A DNA stretch of 64,000 bases, from assembly GCA_964608995.1 (NCBI GenBank), contig CAZSQS010000003.1, positions 3,602 through 67,601 of the forward strand, given 5' to 3'. Positions 60,466-64,000 of this stretch are shown here, piece by piece. Within the stretch, counting starts at the first letter, position 1. The number at the start of each line of letters is the position of its first letter. The notes beneath the pieces are model-generated. The model had not been told where the DNA came from and did no database searches. It saw nothing but the letters and a program-made list of their open reading frames with translations. A program made the position numbers and the translations under genes. The stretch is from an uncultured Smithella sp. (GTDB lineage: Bacteria; Desulfobacterota; Syntrophia; Syntrophales; Smithellaceae).

Positions 60466-62355
60466 TCAACTGTTCCTGCTCATTTTCATAACCGCCTCTT
60501 CAAAATGACGCGAAAAACGTTTTGTGTCAAATAGCGGGGATAACAGGACTTGTTTTCTTAAACCATTGCGCACAACGGACAGACGGGACCAATCCGCCGA
60601 AAAGGAAACGGCTTTTTTCAGATAATCTTCTTCGCCGGCGGCGATCCATTCATCCAGGCCTGTATTGAAAGCGATGCCTTCTCCGCTGTGAGAAACGAAT
60701 CGATCCCCGCGCAGGCTGATAAAGGGAACGCCCATCCAAAGACCTTCAACGGTTATCGTGAAGCCGGGGTAGGGAAAAGGATCCAGCGCGATATCCACGC
60801 GGTTGAAGGCGTTGAAATAATCAAAGCGGGAGGAGTGGCCTTCCAAGATTAAGCGCTCTGCCGCAATGCCGAACGAGGCAAACTTATTTTTGATTTGATG
60901 AGCGACGTTGGTGTCGCCAAGCTGTTTTGTACGAAGAAATAAACGGCTGCTGTCAATGGCATGTAATATTCTGGACCACAGAGAAATAACGGCTGTGTTG
61001 ATTTTTATCAGGTTGTTAAAACAACCAAACGTTACATATCCATTGGACAGGGCCGGCAGCGGCTGGATTTCGACATCGATCTGCGGAGGCGTCATGCAAA
61101 TATATGTTTCCGGAAGCCGCCATACTCGCTCCGTAAAGTGATGGTCGTCGTTCGCGGGGGTGACATAAGGATCGCCGAGAATGTAGTCCATCTGAGGCAG
61201 GCCGGTTGTTGCCGGATAACCCAGCCATGAGACTTGAACAGGTGCGGGTTTATAAGCGAATATCGCTAAACGGTTATGCGAGGTATGCCCGGACAGATCG
61301 AATAAAATCCGTGTGCCGTCTTCATGAATTCGACGTGCAGCTTCAGCGTCGCTTTTACCGAAAAGAGGGTGCCATTGATCAAACAGGGATTGAATTTTCG
61401 GGGTAAAATCATCTTCGGCGGCTCGGGTCGAATACGCGATAAGTTCGAATTGGGTTTTGTCGATGTTCGACAGCAGACCTTCCAGAAAAAAAGCCACCGG
61501 ATGATTTTTAAAATCACCGGAAACAAAACCGATTTTCAGTTTTTGCGCCTCTTTTGAGACACGCCATTCGGTATACCGGGGGATACTCATTTTTGCAGTC
61601 GCATCGCCGATGCGTTTTGCTTCTTCGAGATTGGCCATGGGGGAGGTATGTCCCATATAGTTTAAGGCAAAAAGCAGATTGCTGTGCGCCAGGGCAAAAT
61701 CGGGCTTAAGGGTGATGGCGCGCCGAAAGCTGGATACCGCTTCTTCCAGACGGCCGAGGTTCTGCAGCGTCAGCCCAAGATTGCTGTGGGTTTCGGCAAG
61801 GTTGTCATTCAGGGCCAGGGCTTTTTTGTAAATTTCTTCCGCCTCCGTGAGGCGGTTGAGTTCCTGAAGCATGACCCCCAGGTTGTTATAGGCTCCGGCA
61901 TAGTCGGGCTGCAGAGCGATGGCTTTGCGGTAGCTTTTTTCCGCTTCCGCATATTGCCCCATATCCTTGAGTGCGTTTGCGAGGTTGCTGTGAGCTTCGA
62001 CGTAGTCTGGTTTAAAAGCAAGAGATCGGCGAAAATGTCTTTCCGCTTCAGCGGGGCGGCCGAGTTCTTTGAGCGCTGTGCCAAGGTTGTTGTGAGCTTC
62101 AGGATCATTGGGGAACAGATCAATGGATTTCTGCATGGGGATTAAGGCATCCTCTATTCTCCCCATTTTTATGAATATCGCGCCAAGCGCTTTCCACCCG
62201 AAAGGAAACCGCGGATATCGGGCCAGCATGGATTTGGCCAGGGTTTCCGCCTGGACCCATTGGCCTTGAGTAAATGCCTGAATCAAATTATTAATATCCG
62301 CCTGAGACGGAGATGCCGACACACCGGAATGTTTTTTCATGGGCTGTTTTTTCAT
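60466..62355 (-). CDS. TPR-repeat protein with a C-terminal SPINDLY/OGT-like (GT41-type) glycosyltransferase domain
   Basis: About 8 TPR units (AHNNLGTALKELGR, AHSNLANALKDMGQ, AYNNLGVMLQELNR...). The C-terminal half has GFVSGDF..HPV, LSGHT...R and WMGVP, typical of bacterial OGT-like proteins. Confidence 0.75.
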   Translation of the reverse strand: MKKQPMKKHSGVSASPSQADINNLIQAFTQGQWVQAETLAKSMLARYPRFPFGWKALGAIFIKMGRIEDALIPMQKSIDLFPNDPEAHNNLGTALKELGRPAEAERHFRRSLAFKPDYVEAHSNLANALKDMGQYAEAEKSYRKAIALQPDYAGAYNNLGVMLQELNRLTEAEEIYKKALALNDNLAETHSNLGLTLQNLGRLEEAVSSFRRAITLKPDFALAHSNLLFALNYMGHTSPMANLEEAKRIGDATAKMSIPRYTEWRVSKEAQKLKIGFVSGDFKNHPVAFFLEGLLSNIDKTQFELIAYSTRAAEDDFTPKIQSLFDQWHPLFGKSDAEAARRIHEDGTRILFDLSGHTSHNRLAIFAYKPAPVQVSWLGYPATTGLPQMDYILGDPYVTPANDDHHFTERVWRLPETYICMTPPQIDVEIQPLPALSNGYVTFGCFNNLIKINTAVISLWSRILHAIDSSRLFLRTKQLGDTNVAHQIKNKFASFGIAAERLILEGHSSRFDYFNAFNRVDIALDPFPYPGFTITVEGLWMGVPFISLRGDRFVSHSGEGIAFNTGLDEWIAAGEEDYLKKAVSFSADWSRLSVVRNGLRKQVLLSPLFDTKRFSRHFEEAVMKMSRNS

Positions 62356-62383
62356 AGGCTATCATGTTCCCTTTGCATTGTGT

Positions 62384-62428
62384 TGGAAACGGTTCTTTCA
62401 TCCGGCGCATGCCGGATTCAACCGTTTC
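62384..62428. repeat. nested hairpin GGAAACGGTT...AACCGTTTCC (REP1-like arms) enclosing ATCCGGC-GCAT-GCCGGAT
   Basis: Read directly. Lies downstream of the TrmH-family gene stop (62465), so it may act as a terminator. Confidence 0.5.
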
Positions 62429-62464
62429 CGAAATTCACTTTCCTTTCAACCTATAGCCTCTTGC

Positions 62465-63250
62465 CTATTGCCTGCTCATCTCATACATCATAATCGCGGC
62501 CGCCTGCGGAAGACTCAGTGATTCGGTTCCGGCTCCTGGTATTTTCCAGCGTTCATCGGCGAACTGAAGCAGGTTCTCCGGCAGACCATGGCTTTCGCTT
62601 CCCAGAAGCAGGGCCGCTTTTTCTGAAACCGGCGCGGGGTTTTGGCCCGTACGCACGTCACTTCCGATCAGTCGATAATATTTCTTAACTTCCGCAAGTG
62701 CGTAAGCCAACTCCACCCCGGCGAAAACGCTTAAACGAAAAACCGCGCCCATGGAAGCGCGGATGGCTTTAGGATGTGTCCAGTCCACGGAATTTTTGCC
62801 CAGGATCAGCCCGGAAAAACCAAACCAGCGGGCGGTGCGCAGAAGCGCGCCCAGATTCTGCGGGTTGGCCATTTCATGCCCGATCAGCAGATGTGCTGTT
62901 GCCGAGCGAAGAAATGCATCCAGCGAAAGAGGATCAGGCGTTTTGACCACGGCGATAAGCCCTTCCGGCTCCTTGTCCTGACTTAATTTTTTGAATTCTG
63001 AATAAGTGATCGAATAAACCGGGAATGACGAAGGCGTCTGTTGTCTGCCTGATAACAGCTCTTGCCAGTGTGCCGTTTTTTCCGGCAGCGTCAGAAGGGC
63101 CTCCACCTGCCAGGCGCTTTTAAACAGTTCTTCGACCACTTTCACGCCTTCGGCCAGAAACAGGCCGTCTGCCTGCCGGAACTTGGCATGCGTCAGTCGG
63201 GTCCATCCCTTTAGCTGCTGTTTTGAGGCTTCGGCAAAATGGCTTGGCAT
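62465..63250 (-). CDS. TrmH/SpoU-family RNA 2'-O-methyltransferase
   Basis: FLAEGVKVVEEL (substrate-binding domain), PQNLGALLRTA and LLLGSESHGLP motifs. Confidence 0.8.
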   Translation of the reverse strand: MPSHFAEASKQQLKGWTRLTHAKFRQADGLFLAEGVKVVEELFKSAWQVEALLTLPEKTAHWQELLSGRQQTPSSFPVYSITYSEFKKLSQDKEPEGLIAVVKTPDPLSLDAFLRSATAHLLIGHEMANPQNLGALLRTARWFGFSGLILGKNSVDWTHPKAIRASMGAVFRLSVFAGVELAYALAEVKKYYRLIGSDVRTGQNPAPVSEKAALLLGSESHGLPENLLQFADERWKIPGAGTESLSLPQAAAIMMYEMSRQ

Positions 63251-63256
63251 CGATCG

Positions 63257-64000
63257 CTACTCCATCAACGTGACGGGTGGTGTTTCGTCTTCATCCTTGA
63301 GCGGCCAGATCATGGAAGAGATCATCGAAACGGCCAGGATGGAAGCGATAACAACGAGTGATATCGCCACCGGAATGTGGAATAACTCCTCAATCAGCAT
63401 TTTGACGCCGACAAACGTCAAAATGCCGGCCAGGCCGTAGTGCAAAAGATGAAAGAGTTTCATCAGACCGGAAATGGCGAAAAAAAGCGATCTCAGGCCC
63501 AGAATCGCAAAGACGTTGGAGGTGTAAACAATAAACGGGTCTTTCGAGATGGCCAGCACCGCCGGAATGGAATCGACGGCAAATAAAATATCCGTCGTCT
63601 CCAGCGCCAGCAAAACCGCCAGCATCGGCGTCGCGTAGCGGACGCCTTTTTTAACAACAAAGAATTTTGATCCGCTGAAATGATTATCCACCGGAATAAT
63701 ATAGCGCAAAAGCTTCAGCGCGACATTACGGTCCGGATGAACTTCCGTTTGCTGGTTCATGGCCATCTTGATGCCGGTATAAACCAGAAACGCGCCGAAA
63801 ATATACATGACCCAGTGAAAGGTGTTAATCAGCGCGACGCCTGCAAAAATAAAAGCGGCGCGCGTGAGAAGGGCCATCAGGATGCCCCAGAAGAGCGCTT
63901 TGTGCTCGTAGGCGTGTGGCACGCCGAAGTACCGGAAGATCAGCATGAACACAAACAGATTGTCGATGCTCAGCGAATACTCAATCAGGTAGGCGGTGAA
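63257..64000 (-). CDS. TerC-family integral membrane protein (5' end beyond the window)
   Basis: The frame stays open to the window edge (FTAYLIEYSLSIDNLFVFMLIF...). A second DSIPAVLAI repeat and multiple TM helices are present. Confidence 0.8.
   Translation of the reverse strand, partial: FTAYLIEYSLSIDNLFVFMLIFRYFGVPHAYEHKALFWGILMALLTRAAFIFAGVALINTFHWVMYIFGAFLVYTGIKMAMNQQTEVHPDRNVALKLLRYIIPVDNHFSGSKFFVVKKGVRYATPMLAVLLALETTDILFAVDSIPAVLAISKDPFIVYTSNVFAILGLRSLFFAISGLMKLFHLLHYGLAGILTFVGVKMLIEELFHIPVAISLVVIASILAVSMISSMIWPLKDEDETPPVTLME

Noticed and set aside
10417-62428. Repeated 27-29-nt palindromes as a possible CRISPR array.
   Set aside because: The copies are kilobases apart, have no regular spacer periodicity, are strongly palindromic and sit between unrelated genes. 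No cas genes are present.
1-64000. Prophage, integron, genomic-island or defence-island signatures (integrases, transposases, restriction or abortive-infection genes).
   Set aside because: I recognised none in any of the six frames. Apart from the MITE-like element and the A/T-richer OGT gene, the window looks like core chromosome.

Overview
Dense, mostly syntenic chromosomal DNA, mid-to-high G+C by eye and coding on both strands. Gene content points to a strictly anaerobic Desulfobacterota (delta-proteobacterial sulfate reducer or syntroph). The indicators are hgcAB, an orp-like sigma-54-controlled metallocluster locus, glutaconyl-CoA decarboxylase with acyl-CoA dehydrogenase and thiolase, an iron-sulfur flavoprotein, a UGA-selenocysteine candidate gene, and many sigma-54/PAS regulators. 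I recognised no rRNA, tRNA, CRISPR array, transposase or integrase.

Main blocks:
- 1-12 kb: cell-envelope and morphogenesis-type genes (AmpG, SpoIID, a MinD/ParA ATPase, a J-domain/HTH protein). They sit next to a 1025-aa hyper-acidic repeat protein ending in an FGE-sulfatase domain and a topoisomerase-type zinc-ribbon protein.
- 12-17.8 kb: def-gcvT-gcvH-gcvPA-gcvPB-lipA.
- 18.2-19.7 kb: a CdaA-YbbR fusion.
- 19.8-31.8 kb: a 12-kb co-directional orp-like locus. It holds DUF134, four NifX/MTH1175-like proteins, a sigma-54 enhancer-binding protein (EBP) with its -24/-12 promoter, and three MinD/Mrp Fe-S ATPases. It is expanded by a radical SAM enzyme, two methyltransferases, DUF89, TsaA, PdaD, DUF5320 and an MBL hydrolase. 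This is my top candidate for an incompletely described system.
- 33.1-37.9 kb: a thiolase/acyl-CoA dehydrogenase/gcdA operon ending in an Spx/ArsC-family gene with an in-frame TGA followed by a hairpin.
- 40.5-45.2 kb: pyk, Isf, a PFK-2/FBPase-2-like gene, then hgcA-hgcB.
- 51.3-54.4 kb: a DUF4157 double-zincin effector-like protein with an ankyrin partner.
- 54.6-59.2 kb: a giant multi-PAS hybrid kinase and a response regulator.

Several families of palindromic intergenic repeats (REP-like) are scattered through the window. One MITE-like element overlaps the hgcB stop codon. All functional calls rest on motif recognition by eye, with no database search.
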